A stretch of 64,000 nt of DNA from Spirochaetia bacterium (GTDB taxonomy: Bacteria; Spirochaetota; Spirochaetia; SZUA-6; Bin103). The position numbers were made by a program, and so were the translations under genes. Below are positions 30,601 through 42,300 of the stretch, in pieces. The DNA lies in the NCBI GenBank assembly GCA_965198005.1, contig CBDAOI010000004.1:2016001-2080000 (forward strand). Reading direction: 5' to 3'. The notes under the pieces were generated by a model. The model was not told the origin of the DNA, made no database searches, and saw only the letters and a list, made by a program, of their open reading frames with translations. Within the stretch, counting starts at the first letter, position 1. Every line of letters starts with the position of its first letter.

Positions 30601-32409
30601 CTAATTGACGTATTGGTCGCGAAGCTGCTCGTCGATCCAGAGTCGAGCGTAGATCACCGCCCCAGTATCATTGAAGCCGAGGGACAGCTCGCCGTTGAAG
30701 CCAACGATCCACGGCTGATGGACCACCCAATGGGTAGTGCGCGGCGACCACAGGTACCAGTGCAGCTCGGTCAGGTACATATCGGCCTCTTTTGAGAGCC
30801 GGGTGTACTCCTCGAGGTCCGTCGTCGAGAGAGCGGCGTCGATCAGCGCTTCCAACTTCGGATCGCTGCCCCCGGGGATGTTCCAGGTCGCGTCGGTATA
30901 GCTTACGATGCGGAGCAAGCTTGCCGGACTCATTGTGGTGTGCCCGACTTCGCGGGCGGTCAGCCCCTCCGCCGCGCCACTGCGTGCGTGCGCCCCGAAG
31001 GCTGCGCCGTCCGTAAAAGTGTTGATCTCCACCGCGACGCCGATGTCGCGCCAGTACGCCGCCTGCAGCTCCTCGAAGCCGAGATCGCGGCTCTGGTTCG
31101 AGTCGTAGGGGACCGTGAAGCGGATGCCGTCGGCGCCGCGTGGATAGCCCGCCTCGTCCAGCAGCCGCTCGGCGCCCTCCGGGTCATAGCTGTAGTAGCC
31201 CTGCAGCTCGGGCGGCCACTCCTCGAACGGCGTGTGATACGGTCCCGAGGTTACGCCGATCATGCCCTCCGGCTTCCAATCCGCGTGCCCGTTGAAGTAG
31301 TCGTTGTTCATGGTCTCGAGGTCGAGGGCCATCTGCATCGCGTGGCGCACCCGGATGTCGTTGAACGGCTCCATGGTGACCGCGAGGCCGACGCTCGTTT
31401 CGGAGCGGAACTGCCGCTTGTGGTACGCCAGCTCGGGATTGCTGGCCTGCAGGCTCACGATCTCGTCGGTCGAGGTGATAAACGCGGTGCCGGCCCCGTC
31501 GAGAAAGTCGATCTTGCGGGCACGGACGGCCGCGAGGCGGGCAGCCGGCTCCCTTATCACTACGCCCTGGACGCTGTCGATGTAGGGCAGCCGGTTCTCC
31601 GGGAACTTCTCGTCGAAGTCCCAGTAGTTGTCGACCCGTTCCCAGGTCAAGAGGCTGCCCTCTACCCAGTCGACCAGCTGGAATGGTCCGGTGCCGACGT
31701 TGACGCGATAGTCCTGCACGTCACCGTGCTGTTCGATCACCTCCGGCGCGTAGATCTGCCCGTTTTCTACGGTGAAGATGATGTCGCGCAGCGGCTCGAG
31801 CAGTGGGCGGGTGAACTTGAACACCACGGTGCGGTCGTCGGTGGCGGTCACCGACGCGAACTGCCCGGAGAGAGCTCCGGCGAGCTCCGGCGAGACCTCG
31901 GTGAAACCACTTCCCAGGCCCAGAAGCCGGTGAAAGTTGTACTCGATGTCCTTGGCAGTCAGTTTGCGCCCGTTCACCGGCGGCTTGTCGTGCCAGAAGA
32001 CGTTGTCGCGAATCTTGAACACCACGGTCAGCTCATCCGGAATCTCCCAGCTCTCCGCGAGCCAGGGCCGCATGGCTGACACCGGCATCCTATCGCTCCG
32101 GAAGTCCCAGACGTCACGATCCAGCCCCCAGTCACCGAGGGCGAGCTTCTCGTTCACGCCGAGCGTGGAGCGTAGCGCGTAGCCACCGAACCAGACATCC
32201 GAGTGTCCCGGGTCCTGGCGCGAAGCGTAGCTGATCGACCCGCCGTAGCGCGGCGCGAGAATCATCTCACCGGTGGTGGGATCGCGTACCATCTCCCGAT
32301 CCGCCGCCGCTGCCGGCTCCTCCTCGTCTGCGCCAGTGGCCCAGAGGCCGGTCGCGGTCAGAACTAGGACCAACGCAATCGCGAAGGTCCTTGCAAAAAA
32401 TATCCTCAT
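30601..32409 (-). CDS. Family-5 ABC substrate-binding protein (copy B)
   Basis: LAESWE, VGTGPF; diverged paralog of copy A. Confidence 0.92.
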   Translation of the reverse strand: MRIFFARTFAIALVLVLTATGLWATGADEEEPAAAADREMVRDPTTGEMILAPRYGGSISYASRQDPGHSDVWFGGYALRSTLGVNEKLALGDWGLDRDVWDFRSDRMPVSAMRPWLAESWEIPDELTVVFKIRDNVFWHDKPPVNGRKLTAKDIEYNFHRLLGLGSGFTEVSPELAGALSGQFASVTATDDRTVVFKFTRPLLEPLRDIIFTVENGQIYAPEVIEQHGDVQDYRVNVGTGPFQLVDWVEGSLLTWERVDNYWDFDEKFPENRLPYIDSVQGVVIREPAARLAAVRARKIDFLDGAGTAFITSTDEIVSLQASNPELAYHKRQFRSETSVGLAVTMEPFNDIRVRHAMQMALDLETMNNDYFNGHADWKPEGMIGVTSGPYHTPFEEWPPELQGYYSYDPEGAERLLDEAGYPRGADGIRFTVPYDSNQSRDLGFEELQAAYWRDIGVAVEINTFTDGAAFGAHARSGAAEGLTAREVGHTTMSPASLLRIVSYTDATWNIPGGSDPKLEALIDAALSTTDLEEYTRLSKEADMYLTELHWYLWSPRTTHWVVHQPWIVGFNGELSLGFNDTGAVIYARLWIDEQLRDQYVN

Positions 32410-32571
32410 CGTTTCTTCCTTGAATGTTATCTTGAGAGTATTGCGTAGCGGATTGCCGCTCCCTGGCTACTCTGACGCCCGCAACGCGGGCGCGCCCGCC
32501 AACGCGGGCGACCAGTCTGAGTCAAATTCACTAAAAGCGCGCGGCGTGTGACTCAACGGGTTCACCCCGGC

Positions 32572-32607
32572 TCACGCCGCGCGCGCGTGCGGTTCTTTGA
32601 GTATCAT
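32572..32607 (-). CDS. Putative leader peptide MILKEPHARAA
   Basis: AAGGAGGT RBS; same hairpin as copy A, here followed by TTTT. Confidence 0.5.
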   Translation of the reverse strand: MILKEPHARAA

Positions 32608-32927
32608 TCGAACCTCCTTCTTCTCTAGATTTACGTCGGGATCTGCGTTACAACGCCACGCGTGGCGGTGGTCTGAGCAGCAGTGAGTCTGAATGGCCGC
32701 CAACGCAGGCGGTGGGTTTTGCGCGCAGTTAGTCGCGGGCGGGGATCCGGGACGGTTGCGGTCGCCTGGAAGGACGCGGGCGGCCAGCATGCCGGTTCGG
32801 CGATGGACCGAGCGGGCGCCACCGATAGCTACGGCGGTGGTGAAGGCGACGGTGTGCGCGGGGTCGCGTACGGGGCGATCAGCCCGAGCGGTTAGTTGTT
32901 TCTCGGTTTGAAAAAGTGGGGGGGTAT

Positions 32928-33820
32928 GATGCACCGGTCGCGTCACAGCGAACCGGTCACTGCGCTGCCTGTCATCGTGACGCTTCATGACCATCCGTCG
33001 AACCCCAAGTGAGGCACGCTAGCATAGGCGCGGCGCGCCGTCAACGACTCGTGGGGGTCACCGGGGTGAGCGAAGGTCACCGGCAACCCGTCACTGCGCT
33101 GACTGTCATCATGGCGCTTCATCGGCATCCGTCGCCCCAGGCCAGGCATGATAGCGTGGGCGCGACCACCCTTTCAACCACTCGGAGGTCACCGAACATG
33201 ACCGGCCACCGGCCACTGCGCTGACTGTCGTCATGGCGCTTCATCTCCGATCCGTCCGACCCCAGGCGAGGCAAGCTTGCTATGGACGCGACCACCCGGT
33301 CAACCACTCGGAACTCACCAAACGTGAGCGCCAACCGGTCACTGCGCTGACTGTCATCATGGCGCTTCATCGGCATCCGTCGACCCCAAGCCAGGCATGA
33401 TAGCGTGGGCGCGGCGCACTGTCAACGACTCGGAGCTCACCAAACGTGACCGCCAACCGGCCACTGCGCTGACTGTCATCATGGCGTTTCATCACCGTTC
33501 CATCGGACCCCAAGCGAAGCAAGCTTGCTCTGGACGCGGCCACCCTGTCAACGACTCGGACGTCACCGACCGTGACCGCCAACCGGTCACTGCGCTGACT
33601 GTCGTCATGGCGCGTCATCATCGATCGGTCGAACCCCAAGCGAGGCAAGCATGCTATGGACGCGACCAGCCTGTCAACGACTCGGAGGTGACCGACCCTG
33701 ACCGCCAGCCGGTCACTGCGCTGACTGTCATCACGGCGCTTCATCATCGATCCGTCGAACCCCAGACGAGGCAAGCTTGCTATGGACGCGGCCATCCTGT
33801 CAACGACTCGGACGTCATCG
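32928..33820. repeat. Tandem array of 7 imperfect 122-134 bp units
   Basis: Anchor CACTGCGCTG at 32958, 33092, 33214, 33340, 33462, 33588, 33714. Confidence 0.95.
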
Positions 33821-34486
33821 GCAGCAGTTCTCGGTGAACGGGTAGTGGTGGTGGTAGGATGCACCGGCTACGTTACCGCTAACCGGTGGGAGCGCTGGGA
33901 CGTGTCGTCACGCATCGCGGTGCCCGTGAGAACGCAGTCTGCCGCACGCGCGGCAAACAGTCAAGCGGGCATTCAGGTGCCCCCGCCAGCCGGTGGGAAC
34001 TCTCCCACACGATCGCCTCATGCCTCGCTCCGCTCCGCGGCCAGCCACTCACCGAGACTAACAGCACAATGAGGGTTGTAAGGCTTATTCCGGCGGTTGT
34101 CAACCTAAATTCGGTGACGTGGATGGGACCCGTTCGGCATCTGCTTCCCTCGCGCCCCCTTCCGTAGAGCTATCTGCTTACTCTGTCATAAAATACCGAA
34201 CACTGCCCGCGTCCCTTCATCCCCAAGAATAGTTCAGTCGATTGCCCTGCGAGGGGTCGGAGGTGGCGGTGGGCGACCCGGCACAGGCAGCGTCGTGTGC
34301 TCAGCTGGCAGGGCGCGCCGGCTGACCCACACCGGAGCCCAGGGTGGAGCCGTGCACCAAGCGCCTGCTGGCGGCGCAGGGAGCACACCAGCCCCCCGGC
34401 CAGGTCTCCCGGCGCGGTTACCCGGACGCGGTATGCGCGGTACCCGGTCCGACGCAGGCACTAATCAGGGATGATAACGTTCAGCG

Positions 34487-35730
34487 CTACCCGGACAGCG
34501 GCTGCGGCGGCGAGTTCATCCGCACCAGCACCTGGTCCCACGACGGGAACAGGAATAGCCGAAACGTGGCGCGGACCGCGCCCCAGAACTCCCGGCGCGA
34601 CCCGAACCCAGCCCGCACCTGCTGATACAGACCGTCCACCAGCTCGAATATCCGGTGCATGAAATAGGCCAGCAGATTGAGCACGAAGAACGCCTCCGAC
34701 AAGTACTTGTCACCGTGGCCGAAGTTGTGCTCCAGGTGGTAGCCCTGGTTCTTCAGCGTATCGAACCCCTCGTTCTCGATCTTCCAGCGTGCTCGTCCCG
34801 CACGCACGATCCGCGCTACGCTGCCAGCGGTGGGCACCAAGTCGGTCACCCAGGCGTTGTGACAGGTGGTCGTGCCGGCCCGTACGATGCGGTAGTGCAC
34901 GAAGTTGATCTTGGGACTGCGGGGCTTGCCGTTCAGCGGCACCCCGGTAACCCACTCGTATTCATGCCGGTCCCCGGTCGCGTCGATGGTGCCGCAGTGG
35001 TCCAGCAGCCGACCGCGGCGCAGCCCTTCGATATCCTGGTACAGGCTGGTGTGATCCTCCGGCTTGGCCACCAGCAGAAACGAGAAGCGGGCGGCGCGTA
35101 CCTGTTCGATGAACGGTTGCTTGGAGTACGGACTATCGGCGACGATCACCGCAGCCAGCCGGGGATGGTCGTTACGGATGCGCTGCAAGGCACGGTAGCC
35201 GGCTTTTATTTCACAGTCCTGCTTGCGGCGTTTGGCATTCTTGGCGCCAGAGTCATCGGCGTTGTGAATGAACCCGGGAGCCAACGGCAGCACCTGCCGC
35301 TACGCACGATGTCGGGGTGGACGATGGCGGTCTGCAGGATGTCGTGGTGGTAGCGTACGGTGCCGTTCTTGGTGGCGGTCAGACAGCACTCACAGTTCAC
35401 CTTGTACGAGCTGAAGTACTGGGAGCCGTCCATGGTGATGAGATAGCGACCGTCGAGGAACTGATAGTGCTGCAGCCATTTGGCGTCCTGCATGCGCCCT
35501 ATCCAGTCGCCGAAGCAGTCGAGCAGCGGTTCATAGTCATGGCTGTCGAGCAGATCGCGGAACTGGGAGTCGGCAGGGATCTGAGCGACCCCAAACGTAG
35601 CGTTGAGCTTGTTGGTGCGGAGTTGGTCCTGGAAGCGGCGTTGGAACTCCAGCACGGAAGGGTCTTGGAGGAAAAACAAGGCGAAAGCACACACGTAGCA
35701 ATCCTGCAGGGAGTACCGGACCTTGCTGTT
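34487..35730 (-). mobile_element. ISNCY-type transposase, frameshifted
   Basis: FFLQDPSVLEFQRR, MDGSQYFSS..NCECC, KQDCEIKA, GRARWKIENE, GYHLEHNFGHG. Confidence 0.85.
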
Positions 35731-35841
35731 TCCAGCCAGCCGCCGTTTCCAAACCGTGCCAAGCAGGGTTGCCAGCGCGTGCCAGCCTGTGATGCTGGTG
35801 TCCGCCAGCGGCGAACGCCAGCGGTGCCGGCTGTCGCGGTT

Positions 35842-36610
35842 TAGTCGTGGAGTTCATCGGCAACGATGTTGGTGGAGTCGATGATGCTGATGTCGTTGGC
35901 GACGGCGTGCAGGATGGAGCGATAGCAGACGGCGTTGACCAAGCGCGGCACACCACCGGCGTGGCGGTGAATGTCAGCTTTGGCATCATCGGCGAAGATC
36001 GAGGCAGGGCGGCCACAGCGGACGGTGTGGTGGTCGATGTAGCGACAGGTCTCCTCCAGAGAGCCATGGCCGGCATGTGATAGGAGATACGGATGCGCTG
36101 GCGCAAGGAAGCGAAGGAAACATATCTGAGCAACTCGCGCAGCTCGGGTTGGCCGGCGAGGACGAAGGTGATGGAGTTTTTGGTGTCGAAGGCGAAGTTG
36201 ACCATGTTCTTGATGGCCGTCAGGGCGGTGGCCGCAAGGTCCTGAGCATCGTCGAGGATGACTAGTGGTTTCTTGGTCAGCTCGGGGATGGTCTTGAAGA
36301 ACAGCTGCTTGGCCTGGCCGGCGAAGAACGGCGGATCGATCTTCAACTCATCGAGGATTGCCTTGTAGAGCTGGGCTTCCGAGAGGCCGGCGCCGCGGAC
36401 GTAGAGGGGGCGGTAGCGGTTGCCGTCGAGTTCGCTGACGAAGGCGGCGAGGGCGACCGACTTGCCGCAACCGATGGGGCCGGTGAGGAGCAGGAGATCC
36501 TCGTCGGCGACGCCGAAGGAGAGGCGGGAGAGCGCCTCCTGATGGGCGGTGGAGGGGAACGTGTCGGCGGGCTGGAACGGTGCTTGCCGAGGACGTGATC
36601 ATGCATCTGC
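35842..36610 (-). pseudogene. ExeA/AAA_22 transposition ATPase, frameshifted
   Basis: LLTGPIGCGKS, VILDDAQ, FVLAGQPEL, LRQRI split across frames. Confidence 0.8.
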
Positions 36611-37675
36611 ATCGTGGTGCTCCTTGGGGGTAGTGCGGAACTGGCTGAACGAAGTCTGGTTACGGTCGCGAAGCCGGGCGTGGTGCTGCTCGCGCAGGCG
36701 GGTGAAGTAGTCCCGGGCGGCGGCCGACACCTCAGGCGGCTTGGCGCGGGACTCCTCGGGGACCGCCGGCACCTGTGTGGTGACCTGTTTGGAGGCGCTG
36801 GTGGTCTCCAGCAGGCCGCCGCCGGGGTCGTAGATGGCAAGCTGGGCGAGGTCGTAGGGGTCGAAGCGGACCTCGACGACGCTGCCATGGGGGACGCTGG
36901 TGACGGGGTATTGGTTGCCGTGCAGCTTGATCCTGCCATACTTGGTGACGGTGCGCCGTTCGCGCCACAGGAACAGGGCGTTGAAGGTCTCCAGATCGGT
37001 GATCCGGCGGTGGTCGGCGGGCAGCCCGTCGCGGAAACGAGCATCGGGACTCTGGCCGGTGGCTGAGTGGACGCGAACGTTGTATTCGAGATCCATCCAG
37101 GCCCAGAAGGCGGAGTTCAGTTCATCGAGGGTACGCATCCCGGCGACTTGGGCCTCGCGTTGGAACTGGTTCTTGATGATCTTGTTGGCGGCCTCGACCT
37201 TGCCCTTGCAATAACTGCGCGAGTCTTCAGCGAGCATGCGGTAGCGGACCGCCTGGGTGAGGCCCTGCTCGGCCAGGAAGCGGTAGATGGTGCGATCTGA
37301 GATGCGTTTGATCTTGCTGCCCAACTGATCGTCGGTGGCGAGCAGCTTGCGCAGTTGGGGGACGCTCCTGGTGGGCAGCTCGTTGACCAGCGCGAGGAGC
37401 TTGGCGCGCAGCCCAGGATCGTGGACGCGCGGCGAGGTGGGCCGCGGCCGGTAGAACAGCAGCCCCCGGGGGCCCTTCTTGCGATAGCGGTGGAGGTAGC
37501 CTCTGATGGTGCGCTCCCCAACCCGATGCTGCTCGCAGTAGCGCCGGCGTTCCGCGCGTTTGTCGGCGTTCCCGATGTGCGGGTCGAGCAGCATCTCGAC
37601 CAAGCGCAGGCGTTCGTCAAATGCCTCCATGGCCGCGTCCGGGATCTGCTCCCAAGGGAAGTCGCCGAGGCTCAT
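36599..37675 (-). mobile_element. DDE integrase/transposase with Mu-like C-terminus, core deleted
   Basis: HTH N-terminus; KGKVE, YNVRVHSATGQSP, RTVTKYGRI, VRFDPYDL; first catalytic Asp region absent. Confidence 0.8.
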
Positions 37676-38304
37676 TCGAGGTCCTCGCGCTCGCCGACGA
37701 CGGCCCGCCGGCACAGCCAATCGCGGTACTCGCTGGTGAGCTCGTCGAGGGACAGGCGCGGCTGCTCAGCGTACAGCTCACGCAGGCGCTCGACCTCCTC
37801 GGCGAGCTTCTGCAGCAGCACCTCGCCGGCTACCTCCAGGTGGTGTGAATCGAGCGGCTGCCACGGCTCGGGAGTGAGGAACAACTCCAGCACCCAGTCA
37901 CAGAGAAACTGCAACCGGTCGCCGATCAGCTGCAGCAGCTGGGAGAGTTCATCGAACCCGCCCAGCACGCACTGGGGAGCATCGATGAGCTGGCTCAGAA
38001 TGTTCTCCCGCACCAGCGCCGCCTGGCGGCTGAAGATCGACCCCCGAGTGTGGTCGGCGTGCAGCAACGCCGTCGCATCGCTGCTGCGGTAGCCAGCCAG
38101 GGCACGCCACAGATCGCGCTCATCGGCGCTCCTGCGCCGGCAATGCTCCAGCAACCAGTCGCGGCGGCGTGGCGGTGGCGTCGGTTCGGTCAAGATCCGA
38201 TGAAAGAGCAGCAGCAGCTCTTCCAGCTGCGCCAAACGGTCGGGGGAAACCAGTAGTTGATCCACTTTGATGCCTCCTGTGGGTGGATGCTTAAGTGGTA
38301 TCAA
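37672..38304 (-). CDS. Hypothetical protein within the transposon operon
   Basis: 210-aa ORF overlapping both neighbours. Confidence 0.55.
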   Translation of the reverse strand: MIPLKHPPTGGIKVDQLLVSPDRLAQLEELLLLFHRILTEPTPPPRRRDWLLEHCRRRSADERDLWRALAGYRSSDATALLHADHTRGSIFSRQAALVRENILSQLIDAPQCVLGGFDELSQLLQLIGDRLQFLCDWVLELFLTPEPWQPLDSHHLEVAGEVLLQKLAEEVERLRELYAEQPRLSLDELTSEYRDWLCRRAVVGEREDLE

Positions 38305-38950
38305 ACCAACAGCCGCCTCGAAATACTAGACTCAATGGAATCGGCGGGGGGCTCCGGGCGCGCTCCGCGACGTAGGCGAGGTGAACGCAGCCGATAACGG
38401 TGAACGCTACGGTGATACCGAGCGCGGCCTGTCTGGCCTTCTCCAGCGCGGCCACTGAGCGCCGCAACTGCGCCAGCGCATCTTCGCCCACGCGCACCGG
38501 TGGCAAGGCGGTGAACGGCGCCAGCTCGGCCACCCACTCGTTCACCTCCAGCAGCATCGCTGCGATGGTGTCGTCCACCCACAGCAGATGACGCGCTATG
38601 GTGCGCTCACAGGCGCTGCCGATCACCGCGTAGCCGTGGGCACGCGCGCTGCCGGCCGTGGGGTGCTTCTTCCGCAGCTCGAGCACCAGGTCGAGCCTGA
38701 TGTTGCACTCGGGAATCACAAACCACGGCAGCATGCGTTTGGTGTACTGGGCGCCCGCTTCCCGCGCCCGCTCACAGATGATCACCACGATCAGGTGTTG
38801 GTGATTACTGCCGTCGGTGCACCGCACCAGGCGTTTGCAGTAGCAATGAATCACCACCGCATGGCTCTCCCCGCACAGCACGCAGGGACGCTTGCCGCCT
38901 TCTCTGATCAGGGATTGGCGGTAGGCTTGAAAGTCGAAGCCGTCTAGTTC
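38291..38950 (-). CDS. Zn-finger (DUF6431-like) transposon accessory protein
   Basis: PCVLCG...HCYCKRLV...IIC...MLPWFVIP; start uncertain. Confidence 0.55.
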   Translation of the reverse strand, partial: ELDGFDFQAYRQSLIREGGKRPCVLCGESHAVVIHCYCKRLVRCTDGSNHQHLIVVIICERAREAGAQYTKRMLPWFVIPECNIRLDLVLELRKKHPTAGSARAHGYAVIGSACERTIARHLLWVDDTIAAMLLEVNEWVAELAPFTALPPVRVGEDALAQLRRSVAALEKARQAALGITVAFTVIGCVHLAYVAERARSPPPIPLSLVFRGGCWFDTT

Positions 38951-39322
38951 AGGATGATCCAGCTTTTAGGTGGGGGTCACCGTTGTACCCGGAGTAAGTA
39001 CTGGCGGTGGCCCCTATCTTTTTTCGTGATCTCCGGAACGCTTCCCGGACGAACCTATCCTACCCCCACTGGCGGATTTGTCCACATCTCGGAAATCTCA
39101 CCTGGCGGGCAACACGCCTTGAAGGCATCGCGCGTTTCGAACACGCGAGCGTGGATCGCTGCCGGGTCGTGACCGCGGCGCCAAGGCTCTGACACTAGAA
39201 GCCTATCCCAGCCTACCACTACCACCGCCGCGTTGCCCGGCAGACTGACGCCCCGTCACCCGCGAATCAGCGACGCCGCCACGCGGCGTCCGCACTCAGC
39301 GTCGGTCTGCTATCATCACCGA

Positions 39323-42300
39323 GTGAAGCTGGAAGACCTGCAGGCCACCGCCACCGTGCGCGGCATCCTGGCCGATGCCGCGGTGAGCGTCGTCAGCGTG
39401 CGCTGGTTCGGGTCGCAGGCGCTGGAGCTGACCTACCGCACGGCGGGTGGCGAGCTGGGCAGCGAGATCCTCTACCGCGATGACGAAGCCCGGCTGGAGA
39501 TCGCCGAGCAGGGGCGCCCGTGGAGCTTCGATGGGGACGGGGAGCTGTTTCGGCTGGTGTCCGAGGCGCTGCGGATTCGCCTCGCGCACCTGTTCGATCC
39601 GGCGTTGGCGGTGCACACGTCGCTGGTGGAGCCGCTTCCCCACCAGATCACCGCGGTCTACGAGGCGATGCTGCCGCGCCAGCCGCTGCGCTTTCTGCTG
39701 GCCGACGATCCCGGCGCCGGTAAGACGATCATGGCCGGCCTGCTCATGAAGGAGCTGATTGCGCGCGGCGACCTGCAGCGCTGCCTGGTGGTGTGCCCCG
39801 GCAGCCTGGCGGAGCAGTGGCAGGATGAGCTGTACCGCCGTTTCCATCTGAACTTCGAGATCTTCACCAACGACAAGCTGGCCGCCGCCCGCACCGGCAA
39901 CTGGTTCCTGGAAGCCGACCTGGTGATCGCCCGCCTGGACAAGCTCGCGCGCGACGCCGAGCTGCAGGACAAGCTCCAGGCGCCCGACTGTCGCTGGGAC
40001 CTGATCGTCTGCGACGAGGCGCACAAGATGGCGGCCACCTTCACCGGCGGTGAGGTCAAGTACACCAAGCGCTACCGCCTGGGCCAACTGCTCGGACGCC
40101 TGACGCGCCACTTCCTGCTGCTCACCGCCACCCCGCACAACGGCAAGGAGGAGGACTTCCAACTGTTCATGGCGCTGCTGGACGGCGACCGCTTCGAGGG
40201 ACGGTTCCGCGACGGCGTCCACGTGGTGGATGTCTCCGACCTGATGCGGCGCATGGTGAAGGAGCGCCTGCTCAAGTTCGACGGCACGCCGCTGTTCCCC
40301 GAGCGCGTGGCCCACACCATCCCCTATCAACTCTCCACCGTAGAGGCGCACCTGTATCGGGCGGTCACCAGCTACGTGCGCGAGGAGTTCAACCGCGCTG
40401 AGGCGCTGGACAACAACAAGCGGGCGGGTACGGTGGGATTCGCCCTGACGCTGCTGCAGCGCCGCCTCGCCTCGTCACCGGAGGCGATTTACCAGTCGCT
40501 ACGGCGGCGGCGGCAGCGGCTGGAGAGTCGCCTGCGCGAGCTGGAACTGTTGCGTCGTGGTGATCAGGCGGCGGCTCGTGTCGCGCTGCCGCCCGGCGTC
40601 GAGTTGGACCCGGATGACATCGACGATCTGGAAGACGCGCCCGCCGGCGAGTGGGAGGAGACGGCCCAGCAGATCCTCGACCAGGCGACTGCGGCGCGCT
40701 CCAGTGCCGAGCTGAGAGCCGAGATCCGGACCCTGCGCCACGTCGAGCAGGTGGCGCTCGGCGTGCGGCGCAGCGGCAACGATGCCAAGTGGCGCGAGCT
40801 CGCGGGGCTCCTGGGCGAGATTTTCTCGCGTCGCGCCACGGGGCAGGCGGCGGCACCCGGGCACGGCCGCAAGCTGGTGATCTTCACCGAACACCGCGAC
40901 ACCCTCGACTATCTGCGCGGCCGTATCGCCACGGTACAGGGACGTGACCAAGCGGTGGTGGTGATCCACGGCGGCATGGGCCGCGAGGAGCGGATGAAAG
41001 CGCAGGAGGCGTTCCTGCACAACCGCGACGTGCAGATCCTGCTGGCTACCGACGCGGCGGGCGAGGGGATCAACCTGCAGCGCGCCCATCTGATGGTGAA
41101 CTACGACCTGCCGTGGAACCCGAACCGGCTCGAACAGCGTTTCGGCCGCATCCACCGCATCGGTCAAACCGAGGTGTGTCACCTGTGGAACCTGGTGGCG
41201 GATGAGACCCGCGAAGGCGATGTCTACCGGCGGCTGCTGGACAAGCTGGAGCAGGCGCGCCAGACCCTCGGCGGCCAGGTGTTCGACGTACTCGGCAAGC
41301 TGCAGTTCGGCGGCCGGCCGCTGCGCGACCTGCTGCTGGAGGCGATCCGTTATGGCGAGCAGCCGTCGGTCCGCGCGCGGCTCACCACTGCCCTGGAGCA
41401 CGCCCTCGACCGCGCCGCGCTACGGGACCTGCTGGAGGACCAAGCCCTGGCACCGGACGCCATGGACGCCACCCGCGTGCAGCGGGTGCGGGAGGAGCTG
41501 GAGCGCGCCGCGGCCCGGCGGCTGCAACCTCACTACGTCGAGTCGTTCTTCCGTGCGGCGTTTGCGCGCCTGGGCGGCTCGATTGGCCGGCGCGAGCCGC
41601 GCCGCTACGAGATCACCCACGTGCCCGGCGCGGTGCGCAATCGCGACCGGCTGATCGGTGTCGGCGAGCCGGTGTCGGCCCGCTATGAGCGCATCGCCTT
41701 CGACAAGGCTCTGGTGTCCCTGCCCGGCAAGCCGCAGGCAGCGTTCGTGTGCCCGGGCCACCCGCTGCTCGACGCGGTGCTCGACCTGACGCTGGAACGC
41801 CAGCGCGATCTGCTGAAACGGGGCACCGTGCTGGTCGACGAGGGTGACACGAGGTCTGCCCCGCGCGTGTTGTTCTACCTCGAACACGCCATCCAGGACG
41901 CGAGCCGGACGCGCACCGGCGAGCGGCGCGTGGTATCGAAACGCCTGCTCTATGTCGAGCTGGCGGAGTCCGGCGCGCCGTGCCACCTGCACTATGCGCC
42001 CTACCTCGACTATCGGCCGCTGACTCCCGAGGAACCGGCGGTTGCGGCAGTCATGGAGCGGCCCGAGTGTGCCTGGATCACCGGCGACCTGGAGCAGCGC
42101 GCCCTTGAACACGCCGTGACCGACGTCGTCCCCGAACACCTCGACGAAGTCCGCAACGCCAAGCTGGGACTCATCGCCAAGACCGAGGCCGCGGTAAAGG
42201 AGCGGCTCACCAAGGAGATCGCGTATTGGGATCATCGTGCCGCGCAGCTCCAGCTCCAGGAGCAGGCGGGTCGCACCGGCGCCCGGCTGGTCTCCGGCGA

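Noticed and set aside
32928-33820. CRISPR array
   Set aside because: Period is 122-134 bp, the would-be spacers are homologous to each other, and there are no cas genes.
33119-33864. Repeat-protein ORFs (RHDDSQRS...)
   Set aside because: Unit lengths of 122 and 134 break the frame, and ORFs appear on both strands; treated as non-coding.
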